Shown in pieces: positions 36,616 through 47,789 of a stretch of 64,000 bases of DNA. The translations under genes were made by a program, and so were the position numbers. The first letter of the stretch is position 1. Each line of letters opens with the position of its first letter. The stretch lies in the NCBI GenBank assembly GCA_003693705.1, contig RBZT01000435.1, forward strand, positions 186,001-250,000, read 5' to 3'. The notes beneath the pieces are model-generated. The model saw only the letters and a list, made by a program, of their open reading frames with translations, ran no database searches and was not told the DNA's origin. Source of the DNA: Polymyxa betae A26-41. Its lineage: Eukaryota; Protista; Endomyxa: Phytomyxea.

Positions 36616-36801
36616 ATGAACAGGAACGACAATGGTCATAGGGTTCAGGTTTCGTTTCTATCTCGAAATAGGATAGATCGAACGTTTGCTAAACTTGATG
36701 ATGCCATTGAGTTCCGAGACGCGATCCAGAGAACGATTGATATAACGAAGAGATATGCCAAGTATTGGTGGATCTTTCTAGAAAGGATATGGAACACATA
36801 G
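36616..36801 (+). CDS. Small AP2-like DNA-binding domain ORF
   Basis: HRVQVSF..RIDRTFAKLDDAIEFRDAI resembles the beta-strand/helix pattern of viral and phage AP2 domains. Confidence 0.45.
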   Translation: MNRNDNGHRVQVSFLSRNRIDRTFAKLDDAIEFRDAIQRTIDITKRYAKYWWIFLERIWNT

Positions 36802-37031
36802 CACGAACTCAATATGGAATGGCATCATGATTGCTTTTGCATTCGCGAGCCAAAAGGAAAATTGCATCAAGAAGAGTCAGTTTCCGAGCATTAGCTGTAC
36901 AGGGCAGGTCGGTTTCTACAAGACATGCTCATATACAGGCAACTGGGATGAGTGTTTATGTGACCGTCTTCTGTTTTAAGAGAGACAACTTCTCTCATCT
37001 CAGTGATTTATAGCCTGTACTTATTGCCATC

Positions 37032-37889
37032 ATGTGTGCTGATTATAGTCTCGCTTCATACTGGGAGAAGCGCTATGAGAAGTATTTGAGGTTATTTATC
37101 TTATTGGGTGCAATCGCTAAAGAAATGCAGAGAGCCGGAGACTTTCGAATGGTACCAGAACTATGCCACCTTGAAACCGTTCATTTTTCAGTATATCACC
37201 AAAACCCAGCCTGCTGCCGTCCTTCATGTCGGCTGTGGGAACTCTCGTACAGCAGATGAAGTAACGGAAGTTCCATTGGTTAACGAATGCTGTTCGTAGG
37301 GTTTGGAGAGGGATTATATCGAGATGGTGTTACACACGTGGTTAATATCGACTCATGCAGAGCTATCATTGATATCATGAACAATAAGCATAAGCTGTTA
37401 AGCGAAATGAAATGTAAAGTCCAGACAGAAGGATTATTGCACGTGTTAACGTTCTGGTAGATCTAACCATGGATGTTCGACATCTCAAATTTGACGAAAT
37501 GTCATTCAATTTGGTTCTCGACAAAGGTGTTGTTGCCCCGTGTGTTCTATAAGAACAAAACCTGACTTGATATTAGGCACGTTAGACTGCTTTGTCTGTG
37601 GAGAGAACGCCAAGTTCGAAGTAAACTCTATGTTGACAGAAGCTTATAGAGTACTCAAGCATGGTGAGTGCTTAACGTCTGTTTTGTCATTATCTTATAT
37701 TATGAAGATGGCGTTTATATTTGTATCTCGTATGGAACGCCGGCCACCCGTGAGCCATATTTTAACCTAATCTCGGGATGGACATTAGAACAGACAATGA
37801 CAGTTGAGAAGCCGAAGCAAGCGTACGAAGTGGACGTCACCAACCAATTCCATTATATTTACGTTTTGAGGAAAGCTCAACCACAATAA
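37032..37889 (+). CDS. EEF1AKMT4/METTL13-N-like SAM-dependent methyltransferase (multi-exon)
   Basis: DYSLASYWEKRY, FEWYQNY, VLHVGCGNS, MDVRHL, DKGTLD, EAYRVLK.G.YICISYG.P..R, HYIYVLRK. Confidence 0.9.
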
Positions 37890-37916
37890 GCAGATGGGCT
37901 GCTAAATACAATCACA

Positions 37917-38657
37917 TCATATCCTTCTTCCTGTATCGCCGAGACAGTCATGTTTCCGACAGCGATGTTTTGGGGATTGCAACTCCTTATTTGAAATTAA
38001 CGTCGAATTGGCTCCAGTAATGACAGGCTTGTAAAAACTCAGTATCGGCCTTTCAATCAAAAGTGATCGCATCTTCTGGTCGAAACTGAAATTTGCACTG
38101 ACAAGTAAGACGCCTCTAACTTCACAACTGTATATCGCTTCAGACATGTATTACGCTAATCAACACAACACCTTATTACTGTTTAATTGATACTGGAGCG
38201 CCTTTCTGGCATGTGATTTTGAAGCATCGTGCTGGCATATAGCCCATCTTTATCCGAATGTGTTTGTTATGAGGCAGGCGAATATTGTTTTGGATCTGTA
38301 TCCATTGCTTTGACTTGTTATCCAGCGAGATTGAAACTGACAGCATCGAAGCCGAATGATTGGAAATATTTAAGTATCCTAATCATTGATTAGTGTTGAG
38401 CAGTTATGAAAGAAAACAAGTCACCTAGAAGGCATGTTTGAAACAGCTCACAAACCACATAATGTGGTTGAGACGAATTTGTTGACCAGCGAACTGATTT
38501 GATGTTCGATGTAATAGACAAATTGGAGGCAGGTGCATCTGGTCGGGCAGCTGAAGTATCGACAACCCGAAATGGGATAGTCTGTACTAAGCTTTTACTA
38601 TCAGCCATTGATTGGATTCGTTAGGTAAAGTTGTTACACTGGAATTATCAATGGCAT
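37917..38657 (-). CDS. Small protein with galactose-binding-like beta-sandwich (multi-exon)
   Basis: IPFRVVDTS..PASNL..RWST..HYVVCELFQTCLLG|YLNISN..GYMPARCFKITCQKGAPVSI..EVRG. Confidence 0.55.
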
Positions 38658-38880
38658 CACGATCAATAGAAGAGTACAAGAATTGTTAAGCACATACTCA
38701 TATAGACAATCGGCTATTGTTGCATAGGAAGCGATATCAATGCCTTCATATTGTGAAGTAACAAATGAATATGTTGTCTGAGATGAAAGACATCGACTCT
38801 AGAATAACGTTACATTAAAACAGGCGCAGCCCTATCCAAGTCCATATTGCCACATTTCGATAATCGCTTTGAATCCAACG

Positions 38881-41741
38881 ATGCAATCCAGCGATTCGGG
38901 AGCGATTTATGAGTTATCGTTCCAGGCACAGCTGCAAGGCGATGCCCGATGTGTTGCGGTAGATGGCAACGATGCGTTCGTGGCTGCTACTGGCAGAAGT
39001 GTTGTGACTCTGTTTGCTCGTGAATCTGAAAACCAGTGGTATAGGGGTTAAGTACCCATCTGTACGTCCTGTTGAAGAATGTTTAGGAAATCCAATCTTT
39101 TGTTTTCTGGCGAGCAAGTCCATGGCATGATTGCTGATATTCGCTGCCATGCGAAAGGCACTTTTGTTAGCTGTGGCACCGATAAGCGAGCTTTAATCTG
39201 GAACGCTTCTGGCGAACGTCTAGCCCAACTAGTCGGTGGCGATATGAAAGGCCTAGTCGGCGTCGATCAATTTCCAAATGGAGATTTTGTGACTGGTGAC
39301 AATGCTGGCACCGCCATCGTATGGCATAAAGGCCGACCAGCTCACAGATTAGAGGAGCATGAGAATGCTGTGGCTGTGGCGTCTCTAGAAGAAGGCGAAG
39401 TATGCACTGGAAGTGGTACTCATCATGCTGGTACGTTACGAATATGGAAAGACGGGAAAAAGGTCGACGAGAATTTGATGGCTCACCAGCGTAAGTTTGG
39501 CCTTACAGTGACCTGCCTCAGTTAAAGCTTATACACATCATAGGGATTGTTAAGAAAGTCATTCGTCATCCATTGGGATTCGCTACATGTGCTAACGATG
39601 GCTATGTGAAGGTTTGGGCTCATGGGCCGCCCATGACCTGCATCATGTCTTGCCTAGCGCATCCAGCAAGCGAAGCTGATTCGTACGTTTATGCTATTGA
39701 ACTGCTGCCATCGTTGGATTTGGTATCTGTGGGCGAAGACAGATTCGCAAGAATCATCGCTCAAGATGGAAGCATTTCCCAGTCGCTACGTCATCCGTCC
39801 TCAGTTCGTGATGTTGCTGTATTGCCAAATGGCGATATAGTAACAGCTTGCAGTGATGGATTTGTTCGGGTATGGACTCAGAATCCTAGTCGTATGGCTT
39901 CTGAAGATGTTCGGGCTCTACATGAGCAGCTGTTGAAATCTAGCGAATCATCAGAGTATGTCTTTAATGACATTCACTTGTTTTGCTTTTGGGTGATTTT
40001 GCTTATGGTTTGTAGAATCTTTTACTTAGGGTTATATTTATGTTTGCTTGTAGAATGCAAACACTGGATCCATCACAATTCAAACCCGCGTCGGTTTTGC
40101 AAGGTCCCGGGTCAAAACCTGGAGAAATTGTCATCGTCAATTTACCTGAACGAGGACCAATTGTATTCCAATGGAATACTGACGTTTCGCAGTGGGATGA
40201 AGTATGTTTTTCAATACTTTTCATCAGCATTTGCTGTTGCAGGCGGAATCATCGATATTTGTAATTGGATCAGCAATTAAATGCTTTTCAGATCGGTGAA
40301 GCGATGGGCAAAGTCGAGGATAAAAATGTGTTGGAGGGCGTTAAATACGATCATGTATTACTCTATATACGATATCTTATTTATACCTAATTTTTGTGCT
40401 GCAGATTGTCAATGTGGTCGTGACAGAAGGATCTCCGGCTTTCAAACTGGGTTTCAACGTCAGCGACGACCCTGAAGCTGTTGCCAGGGCGTTTTGTACC
40501 CGCCATGGATTAGGAGATGAATCATTCCCGCAGATTGTACAATATCTTCAACCATTTGCGAACCCTATCGCACGACTCCAGAGGCAGGAGCAAGAGCGGC
40601 AAAAGTTGAAGTTGATTCCGACTTGGAAGCAGGAAGGATTTATTATCGATTCCAAGTCCGATTGTCTCCTGTTTAACGACTCTTTTCTTACCGAGATATC
40701 AGGATTGTTGTCAAACCACTGGAATCTGCTATCAGTTCCACTAATAGCGGTTTGACGGATGGAGTTGCTCTGAGTGAAGAGCAGATGGCAGAATTCGCTT
40801 CGATTTTAACACTTTTGGAAAAGTATAACACGTCCAAGATTCCGTTCACTTCTGGAATGGCTGCAGTTATTGAGCATTTAGTTCTTCAATGGCCTCTGGA
40901 TAAGCTTCTCCCTGTGTTAGATCTCATGCGAATGCTAACAGCAAGTAATCGACTGCATGTCTATTCACAGCAAATTTCAACTAAGTCGTTATCAGTACAC
41001 CCTGACGCAGTGTTCATCTGTGAGAAGCCCGAGATCAGTCAGAAACTGTTAAGCGTTGCAAACGAGGGCACTCCAATACACCTGGCTCTTGTCTTAAAAA
41101 CATTTGGAAACTGGATAGCCAAACGTGGTAATGCACCTCCGGTGGATACCTCCCGTTCAATTCAGGAACTTCTCTGCATGGTGATGTGTGCGCTTTGTGC
41201 GCTTGGTTATGTTTCTCCAACTGAAATTGCTCAGGTTGTCGATGGGCTAAAATCAGGTGCTAGTAGCTCGAATGCGGCGGTCATCTCCGCCTTTTCTATT
41301 CTTATCCATAAGTGAGTTCTAGGGTTATTTGCAACACTAATATGTCAACTGCTATCAGTGTTCTTTGCTTCCTTGGTAAATCTTTCCAAGCTTCGGACGC
41401 CTCTCTTTCAGGTTTGTTTACTTGCATGGCTTCATCCTTGGCTGCGGTTAGTATGGTATTCACTTAAGTATGATGTCTCGCTTATATGATTTCAGTTTTT
41501 CCGAAGTCCTCGGAACGAGAAACCGACATACACTGCGGTGTTGGCAATTGGCACAATTGTAGGCTCATGTTTTTGTGTTTGAACAGGTCGTTAACTTCTA
41601 CAGGCGTTCTTGACGAAATCAAACAAGCAAATAGTTCGCGATAGCTTTGGCTCTTGTTTTTCGCGAATAGCTGAACTGAAAACGTCGACGAATCCAAGCA
41701 TTCGGCAGGCAGCAATTGAAGCGGAAAAGTGCTGCTGTTAA
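38881..41741 (+). CDS. PLAA: Phospholipase A2-activating protein/Doa1 (WD40-PFU-PUL)
   Basis: WD repeats, GEDR, HPSSVRDV.VLPNGDIVTACSDGFVRVWT..RMA, PFU FKLGFNVSDDP..VARAFC.RHGL, PUL QWPLDKLLPVLDLMR. Confidence 0.93.
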
Positions 41742-41779
41742 TTTATGTAATTTATTAGAATGATTGTGGAATTGATTGT

Positions 41780-42302
41780 TCAGTCTTCTTCACTGTCTTC
41801 GTCGGATTCCTCATCGTCAGTTTCAAAGTACTCCTTCTTCAAAATTATCTAGTTCTATTTTAATAACTTTTTTCGATAATATCGCCAAACTCACCTCTGT
41901 ATAATGCCTCTTACAGTATGCCAGTCTAAAAACGGATCCAATGCAGTTTGAGCTTAGACATTTCATTCCAATTTCCTTGCTGCTGTCTCTCTTTTCAACT
42001 ATTCTTCCAGTAGTCGGATCTATTGTGAGATCATCAGATGGCGCGTTTCTTATTGCTCTCAGACGTTCATCATAATGGAGCAGGCACATTCCCAAATCTT
42101 TGTGTGCGACGTCTCTACCACAGTCTTGGAAGCTGCAGGTCTTTGATAGCACAGCTAAGACTTCTTTTGTTTTCTTATTTCCTTGAAAAACTGGATCTAA
42201 TCCATTTCTCTGGCGGTAGTTGTTATAAACTGACACAACCGGGGCAATTTTATCATCTATATTTGACAAAACACGTTGATGCTTTCTATTTGCAGCCTCC
42301 AT
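41780..42302 (-). CDS. Small protein with two C-x4-C...C-x2-H zinc motifs and acidic tail
   Basis: CSFQDC..GMCLLH and CLSSNC..YCKRH; the second exon ends ETDDEESDEDSEED*. Confidence 0.7.
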
Positions 42303-42406
42303 CAGACAAAATGGAAGGTTGCCAGGGATCGTGAAGATATTTCATGAATGCACGTGGCTATGTTAATTTTATAATGGATTTGTTCGTGCATAATAATTGT
42401 TCAGCG

Positions 42407-44002
42407 TCAAACAGAAGGACTAATGGGCGCCGTTAAATATCCTTCAGCGTCGAGCTTTTCGAAAACAATTAGGGAATCAAGTAGCCATTTCGGAGATATT
42501 CCACCCGGTTCTCCCTGTGCTGCAATGACAGTACTAGCCGATTCTTCTTCTGGCACAATTACAGCACCGCAGATCAGGAATAGTTCCTGAAGAATCGACT
42601 GTCCAGGCTCTACGCCTTTCCTCACAAAAACATGCTCACCATGGAACAATCCCTTGAAATTAGGATCGGAATGGGCTTTTCGCGATCGTTCACTTGGCAA
42701 TTCTTTGAATTCAAACGCTTCTGGATTTAGCCATTTACTTGCTGTTACGGACGCCAGAACCCATTCGGCTGAGACAACCCATGAACCTTCAAGTTAAACA
42801 GTCAATTCTTGACAGAAATCCTTTGGACGCCTGTCACCTTTCGCTAAAGCATAGAATACTTTGACAGTACGAACAGGCTTCTGTACGACCACATATTGGG
42901 CATCCGAGGTTTCAAATATGACATACTCTTGATGGTTCTTTGCCATATCATAGGCTGCATCACGAACGAAGTCGTCCACCTGCGAGAGACAGATCGATTT
43001 CACTTTCTTCTTCTGTGCCGATGCAGGGCTCTCCCTAGATTTGGCAATTGGACTGTTATCTGGGCTGGCTTCCTCTTGTTTGCCTTTTGGAGCTGCGTCC
43101 GGGTTGGTTGGTGGCTGATTTTCCTGGTTATCTTCTGTGTCTGATTCGAGCTCTTTACAATTCGAAGTGTTCTGTTTTTCTCCCTTTTCTGCCTTCTTAA
43201 CAGATGATGGTCGACGCTTTGTCCCCAAAGACTTGCTTTTGGGTGTCTTTGGGGTCTTTGCAACTGTTTCAGAATCCTCCTCATCAACGTCCTAAACCAC
43301 AACTCAGATAAATTAATACCAAACTTTTGTATCAATCACCTGATCAGCATCATCTGATAGCACGATCGTCTTTTTGGTTGGTGTCTTGCTTTTAGGCTTT
43401 GAGGCTTTACGTTTTTTGTTCACTGCTCGATTGCAACTTGAATCGTCATCGGAATCTGCTTTCACCTTTTTAATCGACGACTTTTTGCCTTTCGAACCTG
43501 TCTTATTGTCAGCTTCATCTGCAGCCGGCTTTTTAACAGGAGTAGTTTTGTTGGCCTGTTTCGTTTACACTTAGTCGTCTGTTGCAAATGTGATGTACGA
43601 GACGACGTTTACTTGAGGCTTGTTGACTTCAGCTGGCCACGCGTTCTCTTCAACCTTCTCATTTGCTTGTTGACATCTGTGAACTATAAGTTGTATTGCC
43701 ATATTGTTTTCAAACTGGCACTTACTCGACAACCCATAATGGGGAGACGACATGAATTGAGCTGGAATTCAGGCATTTGTTTAGAGCTTTCTCATTCTTT
43801 CCATCTGTTCATATTTGTTAGCTGAGCAATAGCAGCCTGTGGCAGCACCTAGCCAGATCAGATGCGTAATATTGACATTGTATCGAGTGTCGATTCTTGC
43901 ACCAAGGTTATGCAAGATATCTTCAATCATGGAGCTCGTGAATTCCGAATTGTCGTCTTCGGTCATATCAATCAGCGCTCGAACTTGGGAGAGTGGCTCC
44001 AT
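42407..44002 (-). CDS. MCPH1: Microcephalin-like BRCT protein (N-terminal BRCT + tandem C-terminal BRCTs)
   Basis: LGARIDTRYNVNITHLIW, VSPLWVVEC, basic low-complexity linker, RTVKVFYALAKG.WVVSAEWV..S..KWLNPEAFE, GLF, ISPKWLLDSL. Confidence 0.8.
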
Positions 44003-44438
44003 GACGAACTGGATCGTTAAAATTTTGCCCTGATAAGAGCAGCTCTGATAGAAACAATAAATGAAGGCTCCCTCTCAGCTGCGGCAATCTGACAAGTTAT
44101 ACGATACTAACGCACTCAATCGATGGTAACATTACAATTAGAGGGTGGTTTCGTCAGAATGACCTTCATTCTTATCACTATGAGTAGCAAGGGTTTCTGT
44201 CATGGGCCTTATCAAAAGACAAGAACTGTCGGGCTCAGACTCCAACCCTATGATACACTTGATTTAGTTTTAATGGCTGCTGCTTCAGCAAAACTAGTCT
44301 GGGCGTGGGTCGCTGAAGACGAAGATACAGAGCTCAGACTGAATCATGGATACTCATAGGTAGAGTATGATGTTCGAGCAAGGCTTGCAAGACTAACAGT
44401 GATGAGAGCGTAAGACGACAGAGTTCAGATTAAATAGT

Positions 44439-45449
44439 TTACTCGAGACCAGCAAAGAAATTATTATTATTCGACGAAGGCATTTCAGGCCGCGTATCCA
44501 TTTCAACATCCTCATCATCGCCATCTTCTTCAAACAAGAATCCGGCCTCCCAGAACTTCACAGCACCATCATGAGAACAGCTCGCGATCCACTGTCGATC
44601 ATGCGATAGCCGAATACGCTCGACCGGCAGCTCGTACTGGCCGATCACGCCCAGCAGCTTGTTCGGATGAATCTGGACGATGCGAATCAAGCCGTCGCTG
44701 GACGCCGTACAGATCGTATCCGCATCAATCGGGATAATCGACTCGATCGATTGGGGATGCCCGGGAAACCGATCGTCGTAATCGCCGAAATCGCCATACG
44801 TGAAGAACATGAGGACGCCATCTTGCGAGCCGCAAACCACCTTCTTCCCGCCTTTGATGACGGTCACGGACAGCAGTTCGTCCTCGACTTCGTCCGACAT
44901 TGCAAACAGCGATCCTTTGCCTCGGACGTCCCAGACGCCTAACGTCCCATCAGCGCAGGTCGCTAGCAGGTGGCTCTTCTCCGGGACCGGACAGAAATCC
45001 GATATGTAATCGCCGTTCTCATGCTGAGTCCATTTCAGCACCGGCTGCCTCCAATTGGTTCGAACATCCCAGAGGGACAAATCGCCCTCGTCGTCGCCGG
45101 ACGCCAGCAGATTGGTGTCGTACAGCCCCAACACGTTGATGGGAGCTGCGTGGGCGTTCGCGTGCTGGTGAACGACGGTTCCGGATGCGATGTCGACGGT
45201 GGCGATGCTGAGGTCGCGGGACGCCGAATAAAAACCGTCACCGGTGGCTGTGAAGACGACCGAACGGCAGGCGTCTTTGTGATGGCGAGCGGCGAACAGC
45301 GGCTGCGGCGAGTCGGCCGCATCATATCGAAATAGATGCACGGAGCCGTCTACGAGACAGGCGGCGGCGATATCGGTGCTCGGGTGCAGAGCAATATCGT
45401 GCACATGCGTATCGGAACTGAACGTGATGTCAGCGGGCGTCGTCTTCAT
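44439..45449 (-). CDS. WDR55: WD repeat protein 55 (JIP5-like), intronless
   Basis: HHKDACRSVVF, LASGDDEG, DYISDF, SDEVEDELLSV..KGGKKVVCGSQDG, DRFPGHPQSI, SSDGLIR..PNKLLGVIG, ASCSHD, FFAGL. Confidence 0.93.
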   Translation of the reverse strand: MKTTPADITFSSDTHVHDIALHPSTDIAAACLVDGSVHLFRYDAADSPQPLFAARHHKDACRSVVFTATGDGFYSASRDLSIATVDIASGTVVHQHANAHAAPINVLGLYDTNLLASGDDEGDLSLWDVRTNWRQPVLKWTQHENGDYISDFCPVPEKSHLLATCADGTLGVWDVRGKGSLFAMSDEVEDELLSVTVIKGGKKVVCGSQDGVLMFFTYGDFGDYDDRFPGHPQSIESIIPIDADTICTASSDGLIRIVQIHPNKLLGVIGQYELPVERIRLSHDRQWIASCSHDGAVKFWEAGFLFEEDGDDEDVEMDTRPEMPSSNNNNFFAGLE

Positions 45450-45517
45450 GACGCCGTCAACCGATTGGGCCTGGAACGCGACAATTCCGAGACGCAATTT
45501 TTTCGTGAAAAACACAT

Positions 45518-45630
45518 CGCGGAGTGTCTGAGAAAAGGGCGCAGAGTATTTCAAAAAGTGCGCGGAGTGTCTCAGAAAGTCCGCGGAGTTTGAGAAAGTG
45601 CGCAGAGTGTCTGAGAAAAGTGCGAGGAGT
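45518..45630. repeat. Imperfect ~21-bp tandem repeat x5 in the WDR55/Bin3 divergent promoter
   Basis: Units approximate cgc(g/a)gagtgtct(g/c)agaaa(a)gtg. Confidence 0.9.
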
Positions 45631-45652
45631 CGCAAATTACATTGCTGCTTTT

Positions 45653-46441
45653 ATGGCTGCTTCGACAGGGCTCGGCAAGCGTAAAGCAGTGACGATTGGC
45701 GGCCAACATGGGTCGTACAGGGGCTATTATGGCCAACGTCGTGATTGGGCCATGGATAACCGGGTCAAGTATTTGAAAGAGAATCTCGAAGAAGGAATGG
45801 ATGTGTCAGCTTGGCTGGATATCGGGTGCAATGAAGGCCTCTTGACCATGGCTTTAGGTAGTGCCCTCTGGATCTACAGTCCTTTATCTGATGTGTTGGC
45901 AGCGAAAACGTTCAAATGTAAATCGATGATCGGGATCGATATTGATAAGGAATTGATTGGTCGCGCCGAACTCAACAAAACCACATTGACGGAACAGGGA
46001 GAAGATTCCAAAAACGATACGAACGGTTCCGTTGGCAACGATGCGTTTGAAGGCGATTTAAAGTTCGTTCATGGAGACGTCCTTCATGAGACTGGAAGGT
46101 CGAACCAGTTTTCTGTCATCTCGTGCTTCAGTGTGACAAAATGGATTCATTTGAATCATGGCGATCCTGGACTTCTGAAACTATTCGATACCATATTCCG
46201 AATGCTGAAACCGAATGGGTTATTTATCCTCGAAGCGCAGCCCTGGAAATCCTATCAGAAACGGCGTCGCCTCAATGACGTCTTCGCCACGAATATTCGA
46301 AATATCCAAACTCGACCAACGGATTTTCAAGCAAAACTCGGCGCGTTGGGCTTCGAATTGATATTGTCGTGCCCGGCGGTGCAGGCCAAATCTCTGGGCT
46401 TCAGCCGCCCTATACAAGTGTATAGAAAGAGCGCCAACTGA
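45653..46441 (+). CDS. Bin3/MePCE-like RNA methylphosphate capping enzyme
   Basis: HGSYRGYYGQR, LDIGCNEG, GIDIDKELI.RA, SVTKWIHLNHGDPGL, ILEAQPWKSYQKRRR, GFSRPIQVYRK. Confidence 0.92.
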   Translation: MAASTGLGKRKAVTIGGQHGSYRGYYGQRRDWAMDNRVKYLKENLEEGMDVSAWLDIGCNEGLLTMALGSALWIYSPLSDVLAAKTFKCKSMIGIDIDKELIGRAELNKTTLTEQGEDSKNDTNGSVGNDAFEGDLKFVHGDVLHETGRSNQFSVISCFSVTKWIHLNHGDPGLLKLFDTIFRMLKPNGLFILEAQPWKSYQKRRRLNDVFATNIRNIQTRPTDFQAKLGALGFELILSCPAVQAKSLGFSRPIQVYRKSAN

Positions 46442-46628
46442 TATTCGATAACATCTTATATGCAGTGGTATCAGTAGTGGACGACTATCGTATACATTTG
46501 GGCGAAGGTTTTCTACATAATTTAATAATCAATGATTAGATAATAACATCTATTACAAAATCCCCAGTGACATTGTTGATGTTCTGTGCACAAAAAACTG
46601 ATTATAAAAGGTTCCCAAACACCAAAGG

Positions 46629-46816
46629 ATTGTCCGCCGTACTGCCCCGTCGCTGTCCCCGGATTGTTGATGGGGATCTCCTCATTGGTCGTGCTCGTGA
46701 TACTCCTTGGGGGTAGCGGTCTGATAAGCTTATTGGTCTCCATTTATGAAAAGTGTTATAAAAAGATAACAAGTACCGGCGCCCAGATTCACGTGGAAAT
46801 GCAGCCGCAGCAGTGA
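46629..46816 (+). pseudogene. Truncated copy of small TM protein (signal-peptide exon deleted)
   Basis: DCPPYCPVAVP-TM-YEKCYKKITSTGAQIHVEMQPQQ* with no upstream signal-peptide exon. Confidence 0.55.
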
Positions 46817-47136
46817 CTTGATATTCCCTACCAGTTGCATTACCAGTCATACTATCCCCTCTTGATACACTAAACCATAATACCGACTTCGAACTTGAAT
46901 GAAAGCTTTCGGTCGCATGTTCGCTCCTTGGGTTATTCCTGGGTTCTAGAAATCGTTTGATGGTCTGTGCACAAAAAACTCGATTAAAAAAACATCAAAA
47001 AAGGTTCCCAAACAAAACAAAATATTTGAGCGGCAGCCAAACGGCGGCGCAGTTTGCTCTGACCTCAAAGATGTTCCACGAATATCTGCAGCAGTGCGGT
47101 CTGGTCCAGTATAACTGGATCATGGTTGTCGCTCAG

Positions 47137-47472
47137 ATGAAGGATTCCGTCTCCGTTCTGATGCCGATCTTGATCCTCCTCACACTACTGATGCAATCCT
47201 CAGCCATCCCGGCCCTGTCAGCACCGTCGTACAGGTCCGAGATACACCTGGACTAACTCTGATGGTGCAGGCTGTAGGACTGCGCGCCGTACTGCCCCGA
47301 CGTCGCTGCCCCCAGAGTGCTGATGGCGGAGGTCTCCCCATTAATCGTGCTCGCGGTAGTGATCGTGGGCGCCATCCTGGTTGGATTATTTAGCTCCTTG
47401 TATAAAAAGTGTTATAAAAAGGTAACAAGTACGGCCTCCAAGATCCACGTGGAAATGCAGTCGCAGCAGTGA
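47137..47472 (+). CDS. Small signal-peptide + CxxxC + single-TM protein (possibly disrupted)
   Basis: MKDSVSVLMPILILLTLLMQSSAIPALS exon, then DCAPYCPDVAAP-TM-YKKCYKKVTSTASKIHVEMQSQQ*. A TAG at 47275-47277 is in frame under the canonical splice. Confidence 0.55.
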
Positions 47473-47789
47473 TTTTTTATTCTCTACCGGTTGCATTACC
47501 AGTCATACTATCCCCTCCTGATGCAATAAACCATAATACCGGCTTAGAACTTAAGCGTTCGCTCGCATCTTCGCTCCTTGGGTTAATCCTGGGTTTTTGA
47601 AATCGTGTGATGGTACGCCTGGATTTGGGTCCTTCGGGCTCCACCTCATTAATGAATCGGAAAAGTCCGCCGTGCGTTCTTCTTTCCAACGACCGCCTGA
47701 TCTGCTGCTGTCAGTTTCTCGGAGCAAATGGTCTGCTCTGGCTCGTTCAATTTGACGATCCCTGCTTTGAGACCGAGCGTCAGCCGTTA

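Larger units (their letters stand above)
35000..36810. mobile_element. Degraded endogenous viral/linear-replicon island (protelomerase + HNH + AP2-like)
   Basis: Intronless, tightly packed phage/virus-type genes between DAD1 and a methyltransferase. No terminal repeats or TSD seen; the boundaries are estimates. Confidence 0.65.
46576..47606 (+). repeat. Tandem segmental duplication (unit A ~46576-46956, unit B ~46957-47606)
   Basis: Both units start ttgatg(t/g)tctgtgcacaaaaaact and share aaaagtgttataaaaag, cacgtggaaatgcag and gttgcattaccagtcatactatcccct. Unit A lacks about 270 bp present in B. Confidence 0.92.

Noticed and set aside
45518-45630. Possible CRISPR-like array
   Set aside because: No unique spacers, units are contiguous and degenerate, eukaryotic context, no cas genes.
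45450-45652. N-terminal extensions of the WDR55 and Bin3 ORFs in the ORF track
   Set aside because: They are translations of the promoter minisatellite from non-ATG starts; the likely starts are 45449 and 45653.
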